DNA from: Candidatus Aminicenantales bacterium | GTDB lineage: Bacteria > Acidobacteriota > Aminicenantia > Aminicenantales > Saccharicenantaceae | DNA: 43,848 nt | Assembly: GCA_049512315.1 (NCBI GenBank) | Contig: JBEKXF010000009.1 | Span: forward strand, 62,001-105,848 | Direction of reading: 5' to 3' | Part shown: positions 9,525 to 16,820 of the stretch, one piece after another | How positions within the stretch are numbered: position 1 is the stretch's first letter | Layout of the letters: each line of letters opens with the position of its first letter | Made by a program: the position numbers and the translations under genes | Notes under the pieces: generated by a model | Told to the model about the DNA's origin: nothing | What the model saw: the letters and a program-made list of their open reading frames with translations, nothing else | Databases searched by the model: none

Positions 9525-10070
9525 ATGATGCGCAAGCCGCAGCTGTGGAAGGCCCGGCTCGCCAAGGAGCTCGGCCGGCCGGAGAGGCTGGCCGTCCTCG
9601 GCGTGGGGAATGTGTCCCGGGGGGATGACGCCGCCGGCGTTTTATGCGCCGAGGCGCTGGGCCGGCTCGCCGGGCCCTCGGCCAATCCCCGCCTAAAAGT
9701 CTTCGTCGCCCATGAAGCGCCGGAGAATTTCACTGGAGCGGTCAGGGATTTCGGGCCGTCCCACGTCCTCGTCATCGACGCGGCCGCCGGGGGCTACCCT
9801 CCGGGGACGGTTTTCCGGGTGGAACCGGCTGCGATCCCGGACGAGGACGTTTCGACGCACAGGACGCCGCTTTCGACGCTAGCTGCATACCTGGAAAAAA
9901 CGGTCGGCTGCCGGGTCGTCGTCCTGGGCGTCGAGCCCGGAGTGTTCGAGCCCGGGGCGGGACTCAGCCCTGAGGTCGCACGGGCCGTCGACCGGGTCGC
10001 CGCCTGGCTGGCCGCGTTCGCCGGCCGGCGGCTCAGATCTTCATCGGCATCAGGACATAGATATTCTTGA
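9525..10070 (+). CDS. hycI: Hydrogenase maturation endopeptidase (HycI family)
   Basis: VLGVGNVSRGDDAAG, PEN, VLVIDAA and STH motifs; TATAAT at 9513-9518, 6 nt upstream of ATG. Confidence 0.85.
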   Translation: MMRKPQLWKARLAKELGRPERLAVLGVGNVSRGDDAAGVLCAEALGRLAGPSANPRLKVFVAHEAPENFTGAVRDFGPSHVLVIDAAAGGYPPGTVFRVEPAAIPDEDVSTHRTPLSTLAAYLEKTVGCRVVVLGVEPGVFEPGAGLSPEVARAVDRVAAWLAAFAGRRLRSSSASGHRYS

Positions 10071-11130
10071 GCCCTTCCTCGCCCTCGGGCTTGATGAGGA
10101 CGGCGCTGTTCTCGTCCTTGATCTCGAACGTCACCCGCTCCGACGTGACCGCCGTCAGAAAGTCCAGCAGGTACTGGGAGTTGAAACCGATCTCCAGGTC
10201 TTGCCCCTTGTAATCGACATCCAGCCTGTCCCTGGCTTCGCCGATCTCCGGGTTCGAGGAGAAGAGCTTCATCCGGTTTTTCTCGAGGTAGAACTTGATC
10301 CCCTTCGAGCGCTCGGCCGAGAGCAGGGAGACCCTGCGGATGGCCCCGGCCAACTCTTCCCTCAACAGGGATAGGATGTTCGGGTTGTCCTTAGGGATGA
10401 CCGCCTGGTAATTCGGGAATTTGCTTTCGATGATCCTCGAGATTAGGGTCCGTGCCCCGACCTTGAAGAAAAGGTTGTTCTCGTCCAGATCGAACTCGAC
10501 CTCCTCGTCCTCGAATTTCCTGAGCTCGTTCAGCGTTTTCTTGGCGACGATGACGCTTAGTTCCTTATCGACTTTGACCCCGTCCTCCGCCTTGGCCGTG
10601 TACGAGAGCCGGTGGCCGTCCGTGCTCACGAGCTCCATGTGCTTGTTCTTGAGCAACAGCAGTGCCCCGTTGAGGTAGTAGCGCTGCTCCTGGGTGATCG
10701 CGTAAAAGACCCGGTCGATCATGTCCTTCATGTCCTTGAGGGGCAGCTTGATCTTTTTCTCAAAGTTGGCCTCCGGGACCTGCGGGTAATCCTCCTTCTG
10801 CATGCAGAGGACCTTGAACTCGCTTTCCCCGGCAGTGATCTCGATCGTCTCGCCCTTCTGCTCGACCGTCACGCCTTGGCCTTCCGGCAGCGATTTGACG
10901 ATCTCGAAGATCTTCTTCCCGTTGACCGTGATCGCCCCCGGCTTCTGAATCTCCGCGGCGAAGTGCGTTCTCAAGCCGACTTCGAGGTCCGTGCCGGTCA
11001 GCTCGACCTCTTTTTCGGACACGTTCACCAGGATGTTGGCCAGGATGGGCATTGTGTTCCGTTTTTCGACGATCCCCTGGAGGAGCTGAAGCTCATCGAG
11101 AAAGATTTCTTTCGGGACTGAGAATTTCAT
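10033..11130 (-). CDS. dnaN: DNA polymerase III beta sliding clamp
   Basis: TDLE, STDGHRL, IGFNSQYLLD and C-terminal VLMPMKI; downstream of dnaA. Confidence 0.98.
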   Translation of the reverse strand: MKFSVPKEIFLDELQLLQGIVEKRNTMPILANILVNVSEKEVELTGTDLEVGLRTHFAAEIQKPGAITVNGKKIFEIVKSLPEGQGVTVEQKGETIEITAGESEFKVLCMQKEDYPQVPEANFEKKIKLPLKDMKDMIDRVFYAITQEQRYYLNGALLLLKNKHMELVSTDGHRLSYTAKAEDGVKVDKELSVIVAKKTLNELRKFEDEEVEFDLDENNLFFKVGARTLISRIIESKFPNYQAVIPKDNPNILSLLREELAGAIRRVSLLSAERSKGIKFYLEKNRMKLFSSNPEIGEARDRLDVDYKGQDLEIGFNSQYLLDFLTAVTSERVTFEIKDENSAVLIKPEGEEGLKNIYVLMPMKI

Positions 11131-11257
11131 GTCGGCACCTTTCGCATCGCATTCTTCGATTTATTTATATTCTTCTTATAAAAACATATCAAATCAAGAA
11201 TAGAAATAATAAAATCCTGTGGAAATGTGGATAAGCCGGCCATCTCGCTGATCGTGC
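11131..11257. other. Putative oriC unwinding region (dnaA-dnaN intergenic)
   Basis: Overlapping DnaA boxes TGTGGAAAT (11218-11226) and perfect TGTGGATAA (11226-11234); eight NAN triplets at 11192-11215; strongly AT-rich tract in a GC-rich genome. Confidence 0.85.
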
Positions 11258-12589
11258 TCATTGGATAAAGAGGATGAGGCTGAGGATTTCTTTGTTGAAT
11301 TCGGGATCGTCGGTCCGGAGCTTATCGATTTTCCGGACGGAATGGATGACGGTCGTGTGGTGTTTTCCACCGAATTTTTTGCCGATTTCGGGCAGTGAGG
11401 CTTTCGTCATCTCCTTGGCCAGGTACATTGCGACCTGGCGGGGGAAGGCGATCTTGGGGGAGTTGTTCTTGCTCTTGAGCTGGGAGAGCTTGATCTTGAA
11501 CTTGTGGCAGATGAGCTTCTGGATCTTTTCCACAGTGATGATTGTCGTCGAAGCGTCCAGAAGGCCTTTCAGGGCCTCCTTTGTCAAATCGAGGTCGATC
11601 TTTTCGCCCTTGAGGGAGGCGAAGGCAATGACCCTCCGGAGGTAGCCCTCGAGTTCGCGGATATTGGACTGGACCTTGTCGGCGATGTACAGGGCCACGG
11701 ATTCGGGCAGGGAAACGGCTTCGGCCTCGGCCTTTTTCTTGAGGATGGCGATCCGGGTCTCGATATCGGGGGGCTTGAGGTCGGCGATCAATCCCCATTC
11801 GAAGCGGGAGCGGAAGCGGTCCTCGAGGTGGGGGATTTCCTTGGGAGGGCAGTCGCTGGAGATGACGATCTGCTTCTGGCTGTCGTAAAGGTGGTTGAAG
11901 GTGTGGAAAAACTCCTCCTTGGTCCGCTCCCGGCCGGAGAGATAGTGGACGTCGTCCATCAGCAGGACGTCGACACTCCGGTACTTCTCGCGGAATTCGA
12001 GGATCTTTCCGTACTGGAGATGGTTGACGAGGTCGTTCATGAACTTTTCTGTCGTCACGTACAGGATTTTGAGGCGGATGTTGTGCTCGAGCGAGTAGTG
12101 GCCGATGGCGTTCATGAGGTGGGTCTTGCCGAGGCCGGCCCCGCCGTAGATGTAGAGAGGGTTGTAGGACTTGGCCGGGTTCTTGGCGACGGCCAGTGCG
12201 GCGGCGTGGGCGAACTGGTTGGAGCTTCCGACGACGAAATTCTCGAAGGTGTAGTTCGGGTTGAGGTTCGGGTTGATGGGCAGGCCCTGCTTCGATTTCC
12301 GCTCTTCGGGCGAACGACGCATGAAGGCCGAAGGCGTGTCGTCGTAGATGTAGCGGACCTCCATGGGTTTCTTGAACAATTCCTTGGAACAGTCGCTGAT
12401 GATGTTGGAATAGTGGAAAGAGAGCCAGTCGCGGAAATAGGAATTGGGGACCTTGATATACAGGCACTCCTGGTCCTGGCCGATGAAGCTCGTCGGCTCG
12501 AACCAGGTCTCGAAGCTGTTGGGGTCGATCTTCTCCTCAACGGCCCGGAGGATTTGGATCCAAGGATTTTGTTTTTCTTCAGGTTCCAT
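11258..12589 (-). CDS. dnaA: Chromosomal replication initiator DnaA
   Basis: NPNYTFENFVVG, YNPLYIYGGAGLGKTHL Walker A, FFHTFN, RSRFEWGL, PRQVAMYL, HTTVIH; start placed at MEPEE. Confidence 0.98.
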   Translation of the reverse strand: MEPEEKQNPWIQILRAVEEKIDPNSFETWFEPTSFIGQDQECLYIKVPNSYFRDWLSFHYSNIISDCSKELFKKPMEVRYIYDDTPSAFMRRSPEERKSKQGLPINPNLNPNYTFENFVVGSSNQFAHAAALAVAKNPAKSYNPLYIYGGAGLGKTHLMNAIGHYSLEHNIRLKILYVTTEKFMNDLVNHLQYGKILEFREKYRSVDVLLMDDVHYLSGRERTKEEFFHTFNHLYDSQKQIVISSDCPPKEIPHLEDRFRSRFEWGLIADLKPPDIETRIAILKKKAEAEAVSLPESVALYIADKVQSNIRELEGYLRRVIAFASLKGEKIDLDLTKEALKGLLDASTTIITVEKIQKLICHKFKIKLSQLKSKNNSPKIAFPRQVAMYLAKEMTKASLPEIGKKFGGKHHTTVIHSVRKIDKLRTDDPEFNKEILSLILFIQ

Positions 12590-12602
12590 GGGTGCTATTA
12601 AC

Positions 12603-12634
12603 TTTTCCACAGAATTTTCCACATCTGTGGAAAA
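12603..12634. promoter_or_regulatory. Three DnaA boxes in the dnaA leader
   Basis: TTTTCCACA 12603-12611, TTTTCCACA 12615-12623, TGTGGAAAA 12626-12634; all fit TTWTNCACA. Confidence 0.85.
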
Positions 12635-12673
12635 ACCTCGCCCGGCGATGGAGGGTTCGGGAAAGGCTCGGCC

Positions 12674-12702
12674 ATCATAGCATCTTGACCCCCTCAATTC
12701 AA
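12674..12702 (-). promoter_or_regulatory. Sigma70-type dnaA promoter
   Basis: TTGAAT-N17-TATGAT with extended TG. Confidence 0.7.
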
Positions 12703-12754
12703 GCTTTTTTTTAGGGGAAAACGGGTCCCGGCCGGGGTCGAAAAGGCCGCCGGG

Positions 12755-13438
12755 TCAGCGAGCGAGGAGGTCTCTCTTTTCGACGGGGGCGCGGCCGAAA
12801 AGGGCCGAGAAAAGGCTGGCCTTGACAGCCGGGAGAAGGTCGAAAAGGGCGAATTCGGCCGTCTGCTGGATATCGCTGTAGGTCCTCGTTTCCTTGATGA
12901 TTTTTTTCAGGATGGTCTCGCCGTTCGAGGCGTCGATCAGGGAACACTCGACGGCCAGGGAGAAGCGCTTGCGCTCCGCGAGGCCCCTGTTCTCGAGCCT
13001 GAAGGGGCCGTCCTTCGGTATGCCGGCCTCCTGAAGGGCTTTCTGGGCTTGGCCGCGGAGACCCGCCGTCCCGACAAGGAAAACGGCTTTCTTCAGGCCG
13101 GCACCCGCCGATGCCCAACGGTCCTTGTCGTCCCCGGTGACCGCAGGACCTTGGCCCACGGCGCGCCGGACGACCGTGCCCTTGAACTCCCGCCTCAGCT
13201 CCGTCTCGAGGTACTCGGAGACGCTGCCGCCGAGGTCGATGTCCGGGACGGTCTCGACCTCCTTGATATCCACGACGATCGTTTCGTAGCCGCTCAAGAG
13301 CCCCGCGGGGGAGGCGGCCGGCGCTTCGGCTGGAACCTTGGCGGGAACCCCGGCGAGGCCGGCCTGCCGGCGGCACCGGGCGAGGCCGGCCGCGCAGACG
13401 AGGACCAGAACCAGGGTCAGGGCATCTTTCTTCGCCAT
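12755..13438 (-). CDS. Hypothetical exported protein, possible lipoprotein
   Basis: Basic N-terminus, hydrophobic stretch, possible lipobox GLARC; own promoter upstream. Confidence 0.7.
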   Translation of the reverse strand: MAKKDALTLVLVLVCAAGLARCRRQAGLAGVPAKVPAEAPAASPAGLLSGYETIVVDIKEVETVPDIDLGGSVSEYLETELRREFKGTVVRRAVGQGPAVTGDDKDRWASAGAGLKKAVFLVGTAGLRGQAQKALQEAGIPKDGPFRLENRGLAERKRFSLAVECSLIDASNGETILKKIIKETRTYSDIQQTAEFALFDLLPAVKASLFSALFGRAPVEKRDLLAR

Positions 13439-13453
13439 GGGACGGATGGGATA

Positions 13454-13528
13454 AAGCTACGCCCTTATCGGGCCGTCGTCAAGCGGGCGGCGCGTCCATT
13501 TGCCTTGACCGCCGTTTTATGGTATAAA
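13454..13528. promoter_or_regulatory. Divergent sigma70 promoters (hypothetical lipoprotein and rpmB)
   Basis: Minus strand TTGACG-N17-TAGCTT (13482-13454); plus strand TTGCCT-N17-TATAAA with extended TG (13500-13528). Confidence 0.55.
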
Positions 13529-13562
13529 CTCTGCTTCAATCCGGAACGAGAAAGCGACGACC

Positions 13563-13754
13563 ATGCCGAAAGTTTGCGAGATCTGCCAAAAAGGGCCCGT
13601 GTTCGGGCATAACATCAGCCATTCTCACAAGGCGTCTCCGAAGAAGTGGAAGCCCAATCTCCAGCATGTCAAAGCCCAGACTCCCAAGGGCGTCCGCCAA
13701 ATCTGGGTGTGCACGAGATGCCTCCGGACGGGGAAAGTCGCCAAGGCCCGCTGA
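13563..13754 (+). CDS. rpmB: 50S ribosomal protein L28 (zinc-binding form)
   Basis: CEICQKGPVFGHNISHSH...WKPNLQ...CTRCLR. Confidence 0.96.
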   Translation: MPKVCEICQKGPVFGHNISHSHKASPKKWKPNLQHVKAQTPKGVRQIWVCTRCLRTGKVAKAR

Positions 13755-13791
13755 CCCCCAGCCGGATCAGAGAAAAAATCTTCCCTTCGGA

Positions 13792-15702
13792 TCAAATCCG
13801 TTCGACCGACACCACTTCCTCCAGGGCGGCGATCCGCCGCTTGATCTCCTCGAGGTGCCGGACATCAGCGATGAGGACCGACAGGCTGATCTGGGCCTTT
13901 CCGCTGGCGAAGGTGGCGACCTCCGCCTTGGCGATATTTCCCTCGAGCCGGGCGATGGCCGTCGCCACCTTGCCCAGAACACCGGGCGAGTCCTTGGACT
14001 TGATGAGGAGTCTGGCCTTGAAGGTCCCCGCGAGCGAAGGGCTCCAGGAAACATCGATCAGGCGCCGGCCGTCGAGGATTTCCTTGGTCACGAGCGGGCA
14101 GCGCAAGGAATGGACCGTGATCCCTTTCCTCGCCGTGGCGTAGCCGACGACGGGCTCCCCCTTGATCGGCGAACAGCATTGCGCCAGCCGGATCATCGGG
14201 TCGTCGAGGGCCTTGACCCGGACTTCTTTCAGCCGGAGCCGCTTTCCCAGGTTGGCTCTCTTCGTCCCGCCCTTGGCATTGAGCCACCGCTTGATCTGCT
14301 GGCGCGCCCCCGAGGTCGTGGCGGCGCCGAGGATGGCCCGGGTCGGCGTCCTTTCCTCAGAGGTCAGGATCTCGACGATGTCCCCCGTTTTGAGCGGCGT
14401 CTTGAGCGTCGCCGGTGTCCCGTTGATCCTGGCCCCCGCGGCGTGGAGGCCGATCTCCGAGTGGACCTTGAAGGCGAAGTCGAGCGCGGTCGCCCCGGCC
14501 GGCAGGTTGATGACCTTCCCCTTGGGCGTGAAGACGTAGACCTCTTCAGGGACCAGGTTGGCCTTCAAGCTTCTTAGGAACTCCTGGGGGTTCTTCTCCT
14601 CCTTGTAGAGGGCGGCCATCTCCCGGAGCCAGTGGAGGCGCCGGTCTTCCTTGACCAGGCTCTGAGGCGCGTCCTCTTTATAGCGCCAGTGGGCGGCGAT
14701 CCCGTTCTCCGCGAGGTCGTGCATCTCCCGGGTCCGGATCTGGATCTCGAACATCTTCCGTCCTTCCGTGATGACCGTCGTATGGAGGGACTGGTAGAGG
14801 TTGGGCTTGGGCATGGCGATGAAATCGCGGAAGCGCTGAGGCAGGTGTGGCCAGCGCTGGTGGATGACGCCCAGGGCGGCGTAACAATTCTTGATGGAAT
14901 CGGTGATGAGCCTGAGGGCCAGGAAATCGTAGACCTGGTCGAAGCCGACGTCCCGCTTTTTCATTTTGGTCCAGATGCTGTACGGCCTCTTGATCCGGGA
15001 GAAGACCTCGGCCGGGACCTTGTTTTTCTTCATCAGGGCCTCGAGCGCCTTCTTCGTCCCGCGGAGGTCCCTGTCCGTCTGCCTTTTCTGGGGTGCGATG
15101 AGGGCGTCGACCTTGGCGAACCCTTCGGGATCGACGTAGCGGAAGGAGAGGTCCTCGAGCTCGGCCCGGATGCGACCCATCCCGAGGCGGTTGGCGATCG
15201 GGGCGTAGATCTCGAGGGTCTCCCGGGCGACCTGGGCCTGCTTCTCCCCGCCCAGGAACTGGAGCGTCTGGAGGTTGTGGATCCGGTCGGCGAGCTTGAT
15301 GAAGATGACCCGGATGTCGTCGGTCATGGCCAGGATGATCTTCCGGATGGTCTCGGCCCGGCGGGCTTCGGCCGAGGTCTCCTGGACGCGGCTGATCTTG
15401 GTGACGCCTTCGACGAGGTCGGCCGCTTCCTGGCCGAAGTTCTCCTTGATCTCGGCGGCGGTGATGTCCGTGTCCTCCAGGACGTCGTGGAGGAGGGCGG
15501 CGACCAGGGTCGTCTTGTCGAGGCGCATGTCCGCCAGAATGTTCGTGACTTCTAGGGGATGGCTGAGATAAGGCTCCCCGGAACGGCGCACCTGCCCCTT
15601 GTGGGCCCGGGCGGCGAAGACGTAGGCTTTTTGGAGGGCCAGGGCCTCCTTCTCGCTGATATAGGAGGAGACCTTTTCGAGGATGTCGTCAAACCGGATC
15701 AT
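13792..15702 (-). CDS. rel: Bifunctional (p)ppGpp synthetase/hydrolase (RelA/SpoT family)
   Basis: HD hydrolase LLHDVLED, synthetase PKPNLYQSLHT and EIQIRT, TGS (VYVFTPKG), ZFD (CCSP..H...C) and ACT domains. Confidence 0.95.
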   Translation of the reverse strand: MIRFDDILEKVSSYISEKEALALQKAYVFAARAHKGQVRRSGEPYLSHPLEVTNILADMRLDKTTLVAALLHDVLEDTDITAAEIKENFGQEAADLVEGVTKISRVQETSAEARRAETIRKIILAMTDDIRVIFIKLADRIHNLQTLQFLGGEKQAQVARETLEIYAPIANRLGMGRIRAELEDLSFRYVDPEGFAKVDALIAPQKRQTDRDLRGTKKALEALMKKNKVPAEVFSRIKRPYSIWTKMKKRDVGFDQVYDFLALRLITDSIKNCYAALGVIHQRWPHLPQRFRDFIAMPKPNLYQSLHTTVITEGRKMFEIQIRTREMHDLAENGIAAHWRYKEDAPQSLVKEDRRLHWLREMAALYKEEKNPQEFLRSLKANLVPEEVYVFTPKGKVINLPAGATALDFAFKVHSEIGLHAAGARINGTPATLKTPLKTGDIVEILTSEERTPTRAILGAATTSGARQQIKRWLNAKGGTKRANLGKRLRLKEVRVKALDDPMIRLAQCCSPIKGEPVVGYATARKGITVHSLRCPLVTKEILDGRRLIDVSWSPSLAGTFKARLLIKSKDSPGVLGKVATAIARLEGNIAKAEVATFASGKAQISLSVLIADVRHLEEIKRRIAALEEVVSVERI

Positions 15703-16324
15703 GGCCGGAGCTTCTCCTCGAACAACGATCCCTTGAAATGCGGCCGGTCCGCTTTTCCCGCCCGATGATCCAGTCCGCCGCCGCGGCCAGGTTATCGGCG
15801 ACATGGGCCGGGCGGCCGCGCCCCGCCTCGAGGTGGCGGAGGGCCTCCCGCCCGTACCCGGTCAAGACCAGGACGGGGACCGCCCCGATGTTCAGGCCGA
15901 AAAGGACATCGGTCGCCTTGTCCCCGACCACGTACGAACCGTCGAGGCTCAACCCGAGCTCGGCGGCGGCCCTCAGCCCCAGGGCGGGATTCGGCTTTGA
16001 GCAGGAACAGTTGCTCACCATCGTGGCGGCAGCGGGCGGCGAGTAGTGGGGGCAATAGAAAAACCCGTCGAGCGCGGCCTCCCGCTTTTCAAAGGCCGCT
16101 CCGAACTCGCGATGGAGCGCTCGGAGCTCGTCCTCGCTGAAGCAGCCGCGACCGACGCCGGATTGGTTGGTGACGACCACGGCCGCCAGCCCGGCCGCCC
16201 GGATCCTGCGGACGGCTTCGAACGCGTAGGGATAGACATGGACCTGGCTCCAGTGGCCGGGATAGCCGACGTCCCGGCTGAGCGTCCCGTCCCGGTCGAG
16301 GAAAACGGCCCGCCTCTTTCTCAT
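15689..16324 (-). CDS. gmhB: HAD-family D,D-heptose 1,7-bisphosphate phosphatase-like protein
   Basis: FLDRDGTL, VVTNQSGVGRG, CPH...CSC zinc site, GDKATD. Confidence 0.85.
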   Translation of the reverse strand: MRKRRAVFLDRDGTLSRDVGYPGHWSQVHVYPYAFEAVRRIRAAGLAAVVVTNQSGVGRGCFSEDELRALHREFGAAFEKREAALDGFFYCPHYSPPAAATMVSNCSCSKPNPALGLRAAAELGLSLDGSYVVGDKATDVLFGLNIGAVPVLVLTGYGREALRHLEAGRGRPAHVADNLAAAADWIIGREKRTGRISRDRCSRRSSGHDPV

Positions 16325-16350
16325 GGGTACGGCCGGACGACGGTCTTCAT
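16321..16350 (-). CDS. Putative leaderless 9-aa upstream ORF (MKTVVRPYP) coupled to gmhB
   Basis: ATG 6 nt after the -10 element; TGA overlaps the gmhB ATG (ATGA). Confidence 0.4.
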   Translation of the reverse strand: MKTVVRPYP

Positions 16351-16356
16351 GGGGAC

Positions 16357-16386
16357 ATTCTATCGCGAGGTTTCCGCGCCTGTCAA
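16357..16386 (-). promoter_or_regulatory. Sigma70 promoter for gmhB-rel
   Basis: TTGACA-N18-TAGAAT. Confidence 0.7.
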
Positions 16387-16410
16387 AATGCCGGGCCGAA
16401 CGGGACCGCC

Positions 16411-16689
16411 TCAGTCCTGGGACGAGGAGGGGGAAGGCTTGGGGCCGCCCTTCTTTTCCTTGGCGGGCTCGGGCTTCGCGGCCGCCTTGGCCTCCGGAGA
16501 AGGGGAATTCTTCTTGCCGTAATCCGTGATGTACCAGCCGGTTCCCTTGAATTGGATGGCCGGCGAGGAGATGAGCTTCAGTAGCGGGCCGCCGCATTTC
16601 GGGCATTTTTCGAGCGGCTTGTCCTTGGCCTTTTGAAGGGCTTCGACGTTCGCGCCGCACTTCTTGCACCTGTATTCATGAATGGGCAT
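16411..16689 (-). CDS. FmdB-family zinc-ribbon protein
   Basis: MPIHEYRCKKCG...CPKCGG...FKGTGWYITDY; extended -10 TGGTATAAT at 16742-16734. Confidence 0.9.
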   Translation of the reverse strand: MPIHEYRCKKCGANVEALQKAKDKPLEKCPKCGGPLLKLISSPAIQFKGTGWYITDYGKKNSPSPEAKAAAKPEPAKEKKGGPKPSPSSSQD

Positions 16690-16820
16690 GATCGGTATCT
16701 CTTTCGGCCTCCGGGCCCTCACCATGAACAGTTATTATACCAGAAACGGAGGGAAGCCCCCGAGCTCAACCTCAATAAAAGCGGAAGGCATTGCCGAAGC
16801 CGAGGCAGGACGGGCTGGGC

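Noticed and set aside
12590..12697. 36-aa N-terminal extension of DnaA in the ORF track
   Set aside because: Region contains the predicted promoter and DnaA boxes; DnaA-like sequence begins near MEPEE
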